A stretch of 36,829 nt of DNA from Nocardioidaceae bacterium (GCA_032154865.1 JALDXR010000001.1:1-36829), one strand, 5' to 3'. Counted from the first letter of the stretch, positions 23,951 to 31,580 are shown. Notes: generated by a model from the letters alone, not told the origin. Program-made: numbers and translations.

Positions 23951-25230
23951 GACTTTGGTTCGGCGGTGCCGAGGTCCCCGAGCACCGGACGACGCTCGGG
24001 CGCGCCGGCGTTCGGCGGGTCGCCGTGAACCTCGCTCCGATCCTCAAGCAGCGCTCCGGCGGCGCCGGCCCGGTCGAGAGCCTGGAGCCCTTCGCAGCGC
24101 TGTTCTACGCCTCTCAGGCCGATCTGCGGGCCGAGGGGGTGGATGAGTTCCTGGAGGCCTACAGCGACGATCAGAGCGCCTTCTACGGGCTCCTGACGCC
24201 ATTCACGGAGCGCTCCGGGCGCCTGGTGCCCGAGTGGCTCGGGCTCGATCCCGAGGAGGCCATCGAGATGGTCGTCGAGCACGGCGCCGTCGGCATCCCC
24301 GAAGCCCGGGCGATCGAGGCTCGCACGAGCCGGATCCTGACCAAGTTCCTGCGCCGCAACAGCGCCTCGCGGTTCTTCGTCAACAGCTCGAAGGTCTCGG
24401 TGCTCCAGCAGCCCTTCATCACCGACGTCATCGTCAACGGGTGGGTCTCGGCCCAGCGCTACCGCGAGCTGCAGGTGTGGGATGGCACCAAGGTCGTGCG
24501 CGCCGGCAAGGAGCGCCGGGCCGCCGCCCTGTCCAAGTTCTCCCAGCAGATCGAGAACCTGGGCGGCGACTTCGAGGCCGTCGAGGAGGGCGACGTCGCC
24601 GCGACCACCGAGGTGGCGATCGCCTCGTGGCTTCAGTACGAGCAGGTGGTTGCTACGCCTCATGCTCTCGGGCTCTCCGGCGAGAACGACGGCACCGACG
24701 TTGCCGTTGCGACGCACGGTGCCGTGGTCCGCAGGCCGGAGCAAGTGCCGATCCCGATCGCTCACGTCGATGAGGCCGGCACGATGGCCGGCGTCATCGG
24801 CGGGTCGTTCCGTCAGTGCGACGCCTGTCTGCTCGCCGACCTGTGCCCGAAGTTCGAGTCCGGGGCCTACTGCGCCTTCACGGTCGATGTCGAGATCCGC
24901 GACACCGACCAGGCGATGGCGGCGATGTCGACGCTCATCGAGATCCAGATGCAGCGCGCCCAGCGCGCCGTGTTCGCCGAGGAGGTCCTGGGCCAAGGGC
25001 CCAAGCATGAGGTCTCGGTCGAGCTGGAGCGGGTGTTCCGCATGTTCGAGTCGATGCGTCGGATCCAGGAGAACCGGGAGACGCTGACGATCCACGCCTC
25101 GACGTCGGGCGGCGACGGTGTGCTCTCGAAGATCTTCGGGCCCCGGGTCGGCTCGGCGAACAAGGAGCTGTCTCAGCCAGTCACCATCGATGCAGTCATC
25201 GAGGAGTCAGGAATAATCGACGCGGAGTGA
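23947..25230 (+). CDS. hypothetical 427-aa protein with internal Cys cluster
   Basis: GTGA overlap at the start. CDACLLADLCPKFESGAYC cluster and a helical C-terminal third. It is the last gene before the sparsely coding boundary region. Confidence 0.75.
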   Translation: MRLWFGGAEVPEHRTTLGRAGVRRVAVNLAPILKQRSGGAGPVESLEPFAALFYASQADLRAEGVDEFLEAYSDDQSAFYGLLTPFTERSGRLVPEWLGLDPEEAIEMVVEHGAVGIPEARAIEARTSRILTKFLRRNSASRFFVNSSKVSVLQQPFITDVIVNGWVSAQRYRELQVWDGTKVVRAGKERRAAALSKFSQQIENLGGDFEAVEEGDVAATTEVAIASWLQYEQVVATPHALGLSGENDGTDVAVATHGAVVRRPEQVPIPIAHVDEAGTMAGVIGGSFRQCDACLLADLCPKFESGAYCAFTVDVEIRDTDQAMAAMSTLIEIQMQRAQRAVFAEEVLGQGPKHEVSVELERVFRMFESMRRIQENRETLTIHASTSGGDGVLSKIFGPRVGSANKELSQPVTIDAVIEESGIIDAE

Positions 25231-25338
25231 TGTAGTAACTACCGTCGTACTCATCGTTGTGGAAGGCCGTGTCAGCGGCCCTGTGCATGGGACAGCTACC
25301 GTGGTCTCCAGCTGAGCACCTGCACCAGGAGGAACCAC

Positions 25339-25680
25339 ATGGCCACGAAGAAGTCCGCCGCCGATGAAGAGGCTGTGGCGGATCCCCACGCCGAGGCGTT
25401 CGCCGAGCGTCAGAAGGACGCCCGCTACGACGACCCGACCGTGTCCACGCCCGGCGTGCTCGAAGACGCCGCCGGCGAAGGACCCACGGCGCTCGTCGAC
25501 CCCGAGGCCGAGGGCGACGTCGGGCTCGACCCCGGCATCGACAACCGCGATCAGGTCCAGCCGATGCTCGACAAGCTCGCCTCCGACGCGGAGGAGAAGG
25601 CCGAGGAGCAGAAGGAAGCAGCGGCCGCCGCCAGCTCCAGCTCGTCGAGCAGCTCGACCACCAAGTCCGCCGACAAGTAG
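25339..25680 (+). CDS. acidic, low-complexity protein with poly-Ser run
   Basis: Strong SD AGGAGGAACCAC before the ATG. 113 aa with a Glu/Asp/Ala-rich composition, ending [20 protein letters not shown]. It is a stand-alone gene between non-coding gaps. Confidence 0.65.
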   Translation: MATKKSAADEEAVADPHAEAFAERQKDARYDDPTVSTPGVLEDAAGEGPTALVDPEAEGDVGLDPGIDNRDQVQPMLDKLASDAEEKAEEQKEAAAAASSSSSSSSTTKSADK

Positions 25681-25743
25681 ACCTCCCGCCGTCTTCCCAC
25701 CCTCCTGGGAGTCCGCCGCCTGGGAGCTTGACGGTGGTCGAGA

Positions 25744-25777
25744 GGTAGTGCCTCACTCTCGCCAGTGGGGCACTACC
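25744..25777. terminator. 14-bp stem hairpin (GGTAGTGCCTCACT-ctcgcc-AGTGGGGCACTACC), potentially bidirectional
   Basis: 13 Watson-Crick pairs plus one G-T wobble. It lies 64 nt after the + strand stop at 25680 and overlaps the stop of the candidate minus-strand ORF. No U-tract on either strand. Confidence 0.65.
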
Positions 25778-26030
25778 GCGTCAATCGCCGAAGTCGTTCC
25801 TGAACCCCCTCTCGGTCCATGCGGGCACTGCGCAACTCGCGCTTCGCACACACGACCTTGGAGTGACCGTGCTCGGATGCCTGGCCGTGGAGGGGGCAGG
25901 CAGGATCTGAGCCCGCCGGCGCCCAGTCGGCCGAGCGCCCAGGCCGGGGCTGTCGGCATGAGCACGAGCCGCACACCGTGCACCAGCGGCCGCCGTAGCG
26001 CTCGTCGCACCAGATGATCACGGCCGGCAA
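25773..26030 (-). CDS. candidate Cys-rich small protein (only plausible minus-strand gene)
   Basis: This frame has very high GC3 over its first ~40 codons, clearly better than any + frame here or the overlapping 113-aa minus frame. TTG start, or GTG at codon 4. WCDERYGGRWCTVCGSCSC...CPLHG. No SD was seen. Confidence 0.4.
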   Translation of the reverse strand: MPAVIIWCDERYGGRWCTVCGSCSCRQPRPGRSADWAPAGSDPACPLHGQASEHGHSKVVCAKRELRSARMDREGVQERLRRLTR

Positions 26031-26048
26031 GGTAGTTCATCGCCGATG

Positions 26049-26084
26049 TTGTGTCTCGCACACCGACGGTGTAGCTTCTGGGCC
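26049..26084 (+). promoter_or_regulatory. promoter cassette P1 (leaderless): TTGTGT-N17-TAGCTT-N7-ATG
   Basis: -35 at 26049-26054, -10 at 26072-26077, ATGAGCAC at 26085. No SD in the 7-nt spacer. Confidence 0.65.
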
Positions 26085-26405
26085 ATGAGCACATCCACCA
26101 AGCGCCCCCGCCTCGTCGTGGGCCACACCTACCGCATCACCTTCGCCGATGCTGAGACCGGCAACCGCCGGTACAGCACCACGGTCACGATTGTGGACAA
26201 GGACCAGACCTGGAGCGACAAGCGGGCCAGCGCCGTCCATGCCTACATCTCCCGCTGGATCCGTCACGGCCGCAACACCGTCGAGATCGTCGAGGTGGCA
26301 GCGCTTCAGTATCGCTGCACCGAGTGCGACACCGTCCACAGCACGTTCGACGCCGCAGCTCGTTGTCACTGGGGTATCGGTGGGGTCGAGGAGGTGGCGG
26401 CATGA
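26085..26405 (+). CDS. hypothetical protein, first gene of operon 1 (MST...)
   Basis: Starts ATGAGCAC 7 nt after the -10. 106 aa with CTEC...C near the C-terminus. Confidence 0.7.
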   Translation: MSTSTKRPRLVVGHTYRITFADAETGNRRYSTTVTIVDKDQTWSDKRASAVHAYISRWIRHGRNTVEIVEVAALQYRCTECDTVHSTFDAAARCHWGIGGVEEVAA

Positions 26406-26773
26406 GCTTCTACCGCAAGTCTCGCCCTCGTCCCGACGGGACCACGGGCTACAGCGGGTACGACCACGCTGACACCATCGATGACGCCGTCGAGGCCTAC
26501 AAGCGGGCTCGATCGACGAAGCACTTCATCCTCACCGACGGGTCCCCGGACCTCGACATGCTGACCTGCACGTGCGGCCACAAGCTCTCCGAGGGCGACG
26601 ATGGCAACCGCTGCCAGCTCGTCAAGCGCAACGGCGTGTTCTACGTCCTGGCCCAGCACTACAAGTGCGCCTGGGGCACCCTCCTCGGTGCCATCGGCAC
26701 TTCCCACACACTGGCCGAGGCCGGCGGCAAGCTCGCCCGCGCCGAGGCCGGCGGCTGGAAGGCGGTCGCATGA
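26402..26773 (+). CDS. hypothetical protein
   Basis: ATGA overlap at the start. 123 aa, contains CTCGH...C...C. Confidence 0.65.
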   Translation: MSFYRKSRPRPDGTTGYSGYDHADTIDDAVEAYKRARSTKHFILTDGSPDLDMLTCTCGHKLSEGDDGNRCQLVKRNGVFYVLAQHYKCAWGTLLGAIGTSHTLAEAGGKLARAEAGGWKAVA

Positions 26774-26940
26774 GCGTCATCGTCATCTGCGAGGACGGTG
26801 AGCGTCGGCACGACGAACCGTTCGAGACACGGGCCCAGGCGGCCGAGTTCGCCAACTGGGGCCACTGCTGCACCAACCGTCACCGCATCGTCACCGACGC
26901 CGGCGTCGAGTTGGGCATCACCTCGACGGAGTCACGATGA
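26770..26940 (+). CDS. hypothetical small protein
   Basis: ATGA overlaps at both ends. 56 aa. Confidence 0.6.
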   Translation: MSVIVICEDGERRHDEPFETRAQAAEFANWGHCCTNRHRIVTDAGVELGITSTESR

Positions 26941-27164
26941 AGTGGAACTTCATCGACAGTGGTCGTTGGGAGTCTGCCGATGGCCAGTGGCGCATCGAGA
27001 CCGAGGGCGTCCCGAGCAACTGGGGCGGCGGCGACATCATCGTCTGGCGCATTCATCGCTGGGACGGCCACCGGTGGCGCACGTTCGACCCCAAGAGCCG
27101 GCACCGCACATTGGCGGCCGCCAAGGTCGCCGTCGTCATGCACCTGGAAGACGCGAAGCGGTAA
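26937..27164 (+). CDS. hypothetical Trp-rich small protein
   Basis: ATGA overlap at the start. 75 aa (WNF..GRWESADGQWRIE..WRIHRWDGHRWR). Confidence 0.65.
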   Translation: MKWNFIDSGRWESADGQWRIETEGVPSNWGGGDIIVWRIHRWDGHRWRTFDPKSRHRTLAAAKVAVVMHLEDAKR

Positions 27165-27219
27165 CATCGTTGTACAACACAGATCTTGCCCGAGCTGGGT
27201 ATCTCTTTGGTGAGTGCTC

Positions 27220-27486
27220 ATGCAGTACCGGTGGTGCACCGGGAAGCGTGGCTCGGGAAGTGCACCGGATCAGCCCCGGGGGGATTCGTCCCTCCGGGGC
27301 TTGGTCATTGTGAAGAACGATCTCATCGCCACGGCCGCCTTCGGGCTGGTTCTGTACGTCTGCTGGCTGAGGTTCCTCGTGCGGGTGCACGAGAACCGGC
27401 TCGACCGCCGTGACTACTACGACCCGCCGACCGGCCGGCCGTGGGTACGGCCCCGACCCAGGTACGACAGAGATCTTTCACACTGA
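27220..27486 (+). CDS. small membrane protein (start uncertain: 27214 GTG, 27220 ATG or 27310 GTG)
   Basis: One TM (LIATAAFGLVLYVCWLRFLV). GC3 is very high after 27310 and moderate before it. Confidence 0.5.
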   Translation: MQYRWCTGKRGSGSAPDQPRGDSSLRGLVIVKNDLIATAAFGLVLYVCWLRFLVRVHENRLDRRDYYDPPTGRPWVRPRPRYDRDLSH

Positions 27487-27488
27487 CG

Positions 27489-27524
27489 TTGTGCACAACG
27501 ACGTTGTGCTGTAGCGTCTCCGCC
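27489..27524 (+). promoter_or_regulatory. promoter cassette P2 (leaderless): TTGTGC-N17-TAGCGT-N7-ATG, with nested palindromes
   Basis: -35 at 27489-27494, -10 at 27512-27517, ATGAGCAC at 27525. A 14-bp palindrome CGTTGTGCACAACG lies at 27487-27500 and a 17-bp palindrome GCACAACGACGTTGTGC at 27493-27509. Confidence 0.7.
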
Positions 27525-27713
27525 ATGAGCACTTATCCAGACATCACGGGCGACGCCCAAGCCGTCGTCCGCTTCCAGCAGGCGTACGCCGAGTTCGCCT
27601 TCCTCTGCTACGGCATCCCCGTCGGGCAGCCGATCGTCGTGACCGTCGAGCAGGACAAGTTCCTGTGCGACTCCGCCGTCGAGTACCTGCGGGATCAGGC
27701 GGTGGCGCGATGA
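27525..27713 (+). CDS. hypothetical protein, first gene of operon 2 (MST...)
   Basis: Leaderless-type start. 62 aa. Confidence 0.7.
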   Translation: MSTYPDITGDAQAVVRFQQAYAEFAFLCYGIPVGQPIVVTVEQDKFLCDSAVEYLRDQAVAR

Positions 27714-28078
27714 GGGCCATCGATCGTCACGAGGACGCCATCGTCGCTGTCCTCGACGCCGTCGACTACGACGGCATGAGCTACTGGCGGGCGCTCAAGC
27801 AGGTCGCCAACGCCAATGGTCTCCGCTCGGCCCGCCTCGACCAGCTGGTGCGCACATGGTGCGCCATCGCCGGTATCGAGGTGCCGACTGGCAACTACTC
27901 GTTCCACGTCAGCCTTCACCGGTTCGACGACGGCGGGACGCTCGCCAAGTGGTCCGCCATGGGCCCCGTCAATCAGACCGCCACCTTCGTCCGCTTCATC
28001 GGTTCCGGTACCGCCGGCACCATCGATGAGGCCGAGGCGGCCGCCATCAACTACATCGCAGAGAGGACTCCATCATGA
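27710..28078 (+). CDS. hypothetical protein
   Basis: ATGA overlap at the start. 122 aa. Confidence 0.65.
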   Translation: MRAIDRHEDAIVAVLDAVDYDGMSYWRALKQVANANGLRSARLDQLVRTWCAIAGIEVPTGNYSFHVSLHRFDDGGTLAKWSAMGPVNQTATFVRFIGSGTAGTIDEAEAAAINYIAERTPS

Positions 28079-28422
28079 ATCGTGAACAAGCCATCACCAA
28101 CCTCGGCTTCGGGCGGGCGTTCGCCGCTCTCGCGCCGGCGCCCGAGGACACCCACCTCCAGGTCGACCTCGACACGCTGTTGTCGGTCCTGGAGGCGCTT
28201 CCCGGCTACGCCGAGGTCGACATCACCTTCACTGAAGGTGGCGACTCCCAGAACTTCCACCTGATGGCCCGCGACATGCCCGGCCCCGGCCGGCGCTTCA
28301 CGTGTCTCACGCACGGCACCGAGTGGCTCGACGTCAGCGACATCATCCGCAGCACTCGCCCGGACTTCATCCACATCGTTCGCCACGACGACCCAGGTCA
28401 GACGATCTGGGTCACGTTGTGA
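28075..28422 (+). CDS. hypothetical protein
   Basis: ATGA overlap at the start. 115 aa. Confidence 0.65.
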   Translation: MNREQAITNLGFGRAFAALAPAPEDTHLQVDLDTLLSVLEALPGYAEVDITFTEGGDSQNFHLMARDMPGPGRRFTCLTHGTEWLDVSDIIRSTRPDFIHIVRHDDPGQTIWVTL

Positions 28423-28423
28423 C

Positions 28424-28852
28424 ATGAACGTTCTTCCCGTTGCACTGGGCCGCCTGGCTGGCCGCATCGTCATCGACGGTGATCACTGGCTGTGGACTGG
28501 CTACATCGACGCCAAGGGCTACGGCGCGGCCAGGCACCCGGTGCACGGGAAGGTGCGTCGTGTTCACATCATCGTCTGGGAGCTGCTTGTCGGTCCTCGG
28601 ACACCGGGCCTGCAGTTTGATCATCTGTGCCGAGTTCGGCACTGCTGTAACCCGGCACATTTGGAAGAGGTGACAGCGGCCGAGAACACCGATCGTGGTG
28701 CAGCCCGACGTGGTCACCATCTGACACGCACACACTGCAGTCACGGCCACCTGCTCGTCGAGCATGGCTACATCGATCCGCGTCGCGGTCAGTGGCGCTG
28801 CCGAGTGTGCCTCCACGAAAGTTATTTGCGCAGGTCAGCGCAGTCTGACTGA
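28424..28852 (+). CDS. HNH homing-type endonuclease
   Basis: DGDHWLWTGYIDAKGYG...VHIIVWELLVG...LQFDHLCRVRHCCNPAHLEEVTAAEN is the classic phage HNH_3-type signature. Confidence 0.85.
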   Translation: MNVLPVALGRLAGRIVIDGDHWLWTGYIDAKGYGAARHPVHGKVRRVHIIVWELLVGPRTPGLQFDHLCRVRHCCNPAHLEEVTAAENTDRGAARRGHHLTRTHCSHGHLLVEHGYIDPRRGQWRCRVCLHESYLRRSAQSD

Positions 28853-28916
28853 TGCGCGCACCCATCTGCGCACAATGCGTAGGACATCAACCCAACCCCG
28901 GAAGGAAACACCAACC

Positions 28917-29315
28917 GTGAATACTCAAACCAACACCGCTGAAGTCGTCGAGCTGGCTGATGCCACGCTCGGACTTCAGGTCCACCGGCTGATCGAGCTG
29001 GACGCCAAGATCAAGGCGGCCAAGGAGGCTCGCGACGAGCTGGCCGCCGAGATCGTCGAGGCGATCGACGCCCGTGACGGCACCGTCACTGTCGACGGCA
29101 TCAAGGTCACCGTCGTGCGCGCCGTGCGCCGGGTGATCGACATCGCCAAGCTGGAGCAGGTCACCAGCCGCCGGCTGTTCGCCAAGCTCACCGAGCGCGT
29201 CGTCAGCATCAAGGCGTACGACGCCCACCTGGCTGCCGGCACGGCCGGCATCGAGGCGGTCGAGGAGATCGTCGAGGAGCGTGAGAACGCTCCGGTCCTC
29301 AGGATCACGAAGTGA
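28917..29315 (+). CDS. hypothetical coiled-coil protein (similar layout to 8350-8775)
   Basis: GTG 28917 lies 10 nt after GGAAGGA; an alternative ATG is at 28875. 132 aa. Confidence 0.6.
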   Translation: MNTQTNTAEVVELADATLGLQVHRLIELDAKIKAAKEARDELAAEIVEAIDARDGTVTVDGIKVTVVRAVRRVIDIAKLEQVTSRRLFAKLTERVVSIKAYDAHLAAGTAGIEAVEEIVEERENAPVLRITK

Positions 29316-29319
29316 CGTC

Positions 29320-29940
29320 ATGAGCTACGTCAATGCGCAGTATGACCCCGACGGTCAGCTGCACCTCGTCCCGCAGCCTCACTCCTTCTGGAGTGGGGCT
29401 GCCAAGGGCGCCGTCTTCGGCGCCATCCTGGCCGGCGTCACACGACCTGTCCGGCGCTACATGCTGACGATGCTGGCGCTCACCTTCGCCATCATCTTCA
29501 CCATCGAGACACCCAGCGACTACTGGGACGGTGTCTCGACGCCGGCGCCCGAGCCGGGCGACTACCGCTTCCCGTGGTACTGCATCGCTCTCATCATCAC
29601 CTTCGTTGTCTGGGGCATCTACGGAGGCATCCGGGCGTGGATCCTCAACCGCCAGATCTACGCCGCCGGACAGGCGCCTGTGCAGCGCCTGAAGGCTCGC
29701 ATGAGCGGCCGGGCGATCATCGCCGTCGATACCACGCCGCGGCCGCCACAGAGCCCCACAGGGCCCTCTCGTGGGCCCGTAGTGGACACGACCGCGACCG
29801 ATGCGCCGGTGGGCTCGAACCTGCCGGCGATCTGGGTCCCGACCTACAGCGGGCCGGCCAAGCCGGTGCGCCGGATCGAGACCGGGCTCAGCGGTCACAC
29901 CATCCATGATCACCGCGGCGTCGACCCGGAGGACCTGTGA
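29320..29940 (+). CDS. integral membrane protein (3 TM) with Pro-rich C-terminal region
   Basis: TM segments AVFGAILAGV, YMLTMLALTFAIIFTI and WYCIALIITFVVWGIYGGI. Confidence 0.65.
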   Translation: MSYVNAQYDPDGQLHLVPQPHSFWSGAAKGAVFGAILAGVTRPVRRYMLTMLALTFAIIFTIETPSDYWDGVSTPAPEPGDYRFPWYCIALIITFVVWGIYGGIRAWILNRQIYAAGQAPVQRLKARMSGRAIIAVDTTPRPPQSPTGPSRGPVVDTTATDAPVGSNLPAIWVPTYSGPAKPVRRIETGLSGHTIHDHRGVDPEDL

Positions 29941-30245
29941 TGCACTACCAACTGTTCCACAACCGCTCCGCCGGCTTCTGGCGGACCTACGAGCCGGGCG
30001 ACGAGCTGGTCGCCGGCTACCGGGGCGAGTTCCCGCCGTGCTTCAGCATCCGCGACGACCTCGACCCTCGCGAGGCGCTCCTCGGCATCGCCGAGGTGAT
30101 CTTCGCCAAGCACAACCGCGATGACCGCCCCGACGGCAAGACGGCGCCCAGTCTGAGCGTCGGCGACGTCGTCGTGATCGGTGAGGTCGCTCTGTCGGTC
30201 GACCGGCTCGGCTTCGTCTTCGTCACCCTGGAGCCGGCGTCATGA
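29940..30245 (+). CDS. hypothetical protein
   Basis: ATG in a TGATG overlap (or GTG 29937). 101 aa. Confidence 0.65.
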   Translation: MHYQLFHNRSAGFWRTYEPGDELVAGYRGEFPPCFSIRDDLDPREALLGIAEVIFAKHNRDDRPDGKTAPSLSVGDVVVIGEVALSVDRLGFVFVTLEPAS

Positions 30246-30430
30246 GCGCCAAGGCCTGGGTCTGGAAGCGGTGCTCCGCCGGCCACAACCGGTGGTACGA
30301 GTACGGCCCCTACACGATCATGCACTTCCCGCAGCGACATCTCTGGAAGCTGTACATCGACGGTGAGATGGTCCGCACGTTCGACACCTTGCGCGCCGCC
30401 AAGCAGTGGGCCCAGTGGAGGATGTCATGA
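30242..30430 (+). CDS. hypothetical small protein
   Basis: ATGA overlap at the start. 62 aa. Confidence 0.6.
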   Translation: MSAKAWVWKRCSAGHNRWYEYGPYTIMHFPQRHLWKLYIDGEMVRTFDTLRAAKQWAQWRMS

Positions 30431-30654
30431 GCCGGTTCGAGTTCGAGCCCGAGACCCCCGAGTACGACCTCGTGATCGCGGCCATCGAGGTCGCCATGCG
30501 GCCGCCCTTGCAGCCGCATCCGCACGTGGTCGACGCCAAGGTCCCGTGGAAGCTGATCACCGACCTGCGCGAGCGCCTCGACGCCCTGGGCATCGACTGG
30601 CGCAAGGCCAAGCAGATCGACGAGGAGCGGCGAGCCCGGAGGGCTGCGTCATGA
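30427..30654 (+). CDS. hypothetical small protein
   Basis: ATGA overlap at the start. 75 aa. Confidence 0.6.
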   Translation: MSRFEFEPETPEYDLVIAAIEVAMRPPLQPHPHVVDAKVPWKLITDLRERLDALGIDWRKAKQIDEERRARRAAS

Positions 30655-30842
30655 TCATCCACGAGAACTACAGCGGGGATGACAACGGCCAGCTGGTGTA
30701 CGTCAACATCTTCGAGGAGAACGGCGGCCAGGTCGTCGTCAGCTTCGAGGATGCCGGCGAGGCACGGTTCGACGCCCACCGCCTGCGGCGGTTCCGCAAC
30801 AACCTCAACAAGGCGCTCCGGGCGCTCGGTGAGAAACCGTGA
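30651..30842 (+). CDS. hypothetical small protein
   Basis: ATGA overlap at the start. 63 aa. Confidence 0.6.
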   Translation: MIIHENYSGDDNGQLVYVNIFEENGGQVVVSFEDAGEARFDAHRLRRFRNNLNKALRALGEKP

Positions 30843-30851
30843 TCATCGACG

Positions 30852-30887
30852 TTGTTGTTCATCGACGGTGTGGATAGCGTTCCGCCC
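30852..30887 (+). promoter_or_regulatory. promoter cassette P3 (leaderless): TTGTTG-N17-TAGCGT-N7-ATG
   Basis: -35 at 30852-30857, -10 at 30875-30880, ATGAGCAC at 30888. Shares the CGACGTTG..TTCATCGACGGTG block with P4 and P5. Confidence 0.7.
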
Positions 30888-31580
30888 ATGAGCACTTACG
30901 AAGTTGAACACGACACCCGCCTCCTGGAGCTGTTCCGGGCGGCGGCCAAGGCCGAACAGACCCTCATCTGGAAGGACGCCCACTACCGCAGCGAGTCGGA
31001 GGGCCGCCTGGTCCGGCGGAGGTACGGGGACAAGGACACCCGCACGATCGCCGAGGTCGCCGCTGACATGCAGGCCCGCCGCGACGAGGCCGTTCCGTTC
31101 TGGACCGAGAAGCACCCCGAGGACCCTCAGCGCATGATCGACTACGTCGTCGGCAAGCTCGACGAGGTCGAGAACAGCTACCGCGAGGCCGCCCAGGCCG
31201 TCGTGGACGCCGAGGCCGCGATCGTCGAGCACGAGCGGGCGTACGCTGGCTGGCAGCGCTTCTGGCTGGTGACGTCGAGCAACGGGCTCGTGCACCGGTC
31301 GACGGGCTGCTCGACCTGCAACAAGGGCCGCAGCGCCACCACGTTCGCCCTCGTTGCCGCGATGAGCGGCCGGCCGATCGACCACCTCGTCGAGGCCGTC
31401 GGTCCGTTCCTCTGCAGCGTCTGCTTCCCCTCGGCCCCGGTCGAGTGGCAGGAGCAGGACCGTGTGCCGGCGACCGTCGCCACGGTGCTGTTCGACGAGG
31501 GCTACGACGCCTTCGTCGCCGCCTGGGCCGAGTTCAAGCGCAAGCGGGCCGCCCGCCTCGCCAAGAAGGCGGCGAAGTGA
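30888..31580 (+). CDS. hypothetical protein, first gene of operon 3 (MST...)
   Basis: 230 aa. Contains GCSTC ... CSVC and a basic tail KRKRAARLAKKAAK. Confidence 0.7.
   Translation: MSTYEVEHDTRLLELFRAAAKAEQTLIWKDAHYRSESEGRLVRRRYGDKDTRTIAEVAADMQARRDEAVPFWTEKHPEDPQRMIDYVVGKLDEVENSYREAAQAVVDAEAAIVEHERAYAGWQRFWLVTSSNGLVHRSTGCSTCNKGRSATTFALVAAMSGRPIDHLVEAVGPFLCSVCFPSAPVEWQEQDRVPATVATVLFDEGYDAFVAAWAEFKRKRAARLAKKAAK

Noticed and set aside
25958-25965. Extra copies of the 8-mer ATGAGCAC: on the + strand at 25958 and as a reverse complement at 27214-27221.
   Set aside because: Neither has a TAGnnT hexamer 7 nt upstream or a TTGnnn -35. The + copy would encode only 19 aa, and the minus copy would overlap the well-supported gene 26937-27164. 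An 8-mer is expected about once by chance in this much sequence.
27165-27310. Structured region suggesting a small ncRNA: long-range pairing CCCGAGC/GCTCGGG, and hairpins CCGGTG-gtg-CACCGG and CCGGGGGGA-ttcg-TCCCTCCGG.
   Set aside because: The same stretch is open in the frame of the downstream membrane-protein ORF with moderately high GC3, so it may simply be coding. No T-loop or anticodon-arm geometry for a tRNA is present. The point is unresolved, so it is not called as an RNA gene.
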